From: the human T2T-CHM13v2.0 reference genome, Homo sapiens | NCBI RefSeq assembly: GCF_009914755.1 | Contig: NC_060925.1 | Direction: 5' to 3' (one strand) | Length of the DNA stretch: 64,000 bases | Shown here: positions 63,062 through 64,000 of the stretch, one piece after another | How the letters are laid out: every line of letters starts with the position of its first letter | Numbering within the stretch: position 1 is the first letter of the stretch | Notes under the pieces: model-generated | What the model saw: the letters and a program-made list of their open reading frames with translations, nothing else | The model's database searches: none | Told to the model about the DNA's origin: nothing | Position numbers and translations under genes: made by a program

Positions 63062-64000
63062 ATCAATCACAGTCTCTGAACATTTTACTAAGGTCCTTAA
63101 GGCAGGATCAAGGAAAAGCAAAACAGCTCTTTGATTTGAATTAAAGGATCTTGTGCATTTTCCTTCATGGAACTTGATTTTAGGTTAAGGTATTGGAAAC
63201 TTTTTTTCAAAATAATGCATAAATAAGGAGAAGTCATTAACCCTTGAGTTTAAGTATATATTTTTAGATTTCTAAGAGCAAATGACAGTCTGAGATAAAT
63301 AGGAAATAGATGGATTTTTCTGTGAAACAAGTAAAACGAATCTTGACCGTTCATTGCAGCATTTGCACGGTACCCTGGTGATGTCCCTGAGGTAGCTGGG
63401 AGCAGGGGTGCAAAGAAACACATGGGGCTTGAATTTCTTGTTAAATATTTTTGAGAAAAGATTTACTCAGGTAAAAATCATATGAAAAATAATAAATTTA
63501 GAGGATGAGCTATGAACAAATCATGAGTCATCAGGAAGTCAGTGGGTCCACACAGAAACCGTAAGAGAGAAGGGGTTAGATACAAGTTTACTTACATCAA
63601 AATTTCCCTGGACCTAGGCTGATAGGACACCCATCTTCCATTCAGAGGAGGGACATAAATGCAGCCAAGAGTCTTATAAAAACTGAGAGTATGGAAAACA
63701 GTTCTGCCATCAGAGTTTACTCTTTTCTGTCATGTTTTCTTCACTACCTCCATCTATAGTTTGCATATTTTGTCTGCTAATTTGCCAGTCACCAAGTGGC
63801 AACCATCTTTAACATCATGACCCAAAAAAACTTGGTTACAATCCCTAACCTGGGACCACAAATCTCTGTTGTGCTTTTAATATATTCTACGAAAGACCTT
63901 AACCAAGGAGAAAAATGGGAGATGAAATCTAGTTGGCATTAAACTCACTAATGCTTACTCCCTTGCTCTGGAATGCGTCCACTGAGGAAGAGGTACCCTT

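Overview
This is AT-rich, CpG-depleted primate (human-like) DNA, either intergenic or deep intronic, and most of it is transposable-element sequence. I find no cellular protein-coding gene, RNA gene or CRISPR array. The recognisable ORFs in the track are L1, ERV or Alu remnants and the rest look like chance ORFs. Main contents: three two-LTR MaLR proviruses (two THE1, one MST), a near full-length L1MA1-3-like element with nested HERV-L/MLT2A, THE1 and L1PA insertions, several truncated L1PA/L1PB/L1MA copies, two MER4A LTRs, MLT2 LTRs, Alus, MER2, Tigger1, and L2/MIR relics. I see no convincing new biological system. The best mechanistic observations are: (1) an L1PA3-like insertion with both a 5' inversion/deletion and a probable 3' transduction (12-nt spacer plus Alu left arm), all inside one 13-bp TSD; (2) a probable 167-bp ectopic gene-conversion tract between two inverted L1 copies about 6 kb apart; (3) template-switch hairpins; (4) a ~170-bp direct duplication flanking an unexplained ~630-bp segment. 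Subfamily calls come from my recall of consensus sequences and need RepeatMasker/Dfam confirmation. The 718-aa ORF (23271-25427) is labelled '-' in the track but reads on the + strand.
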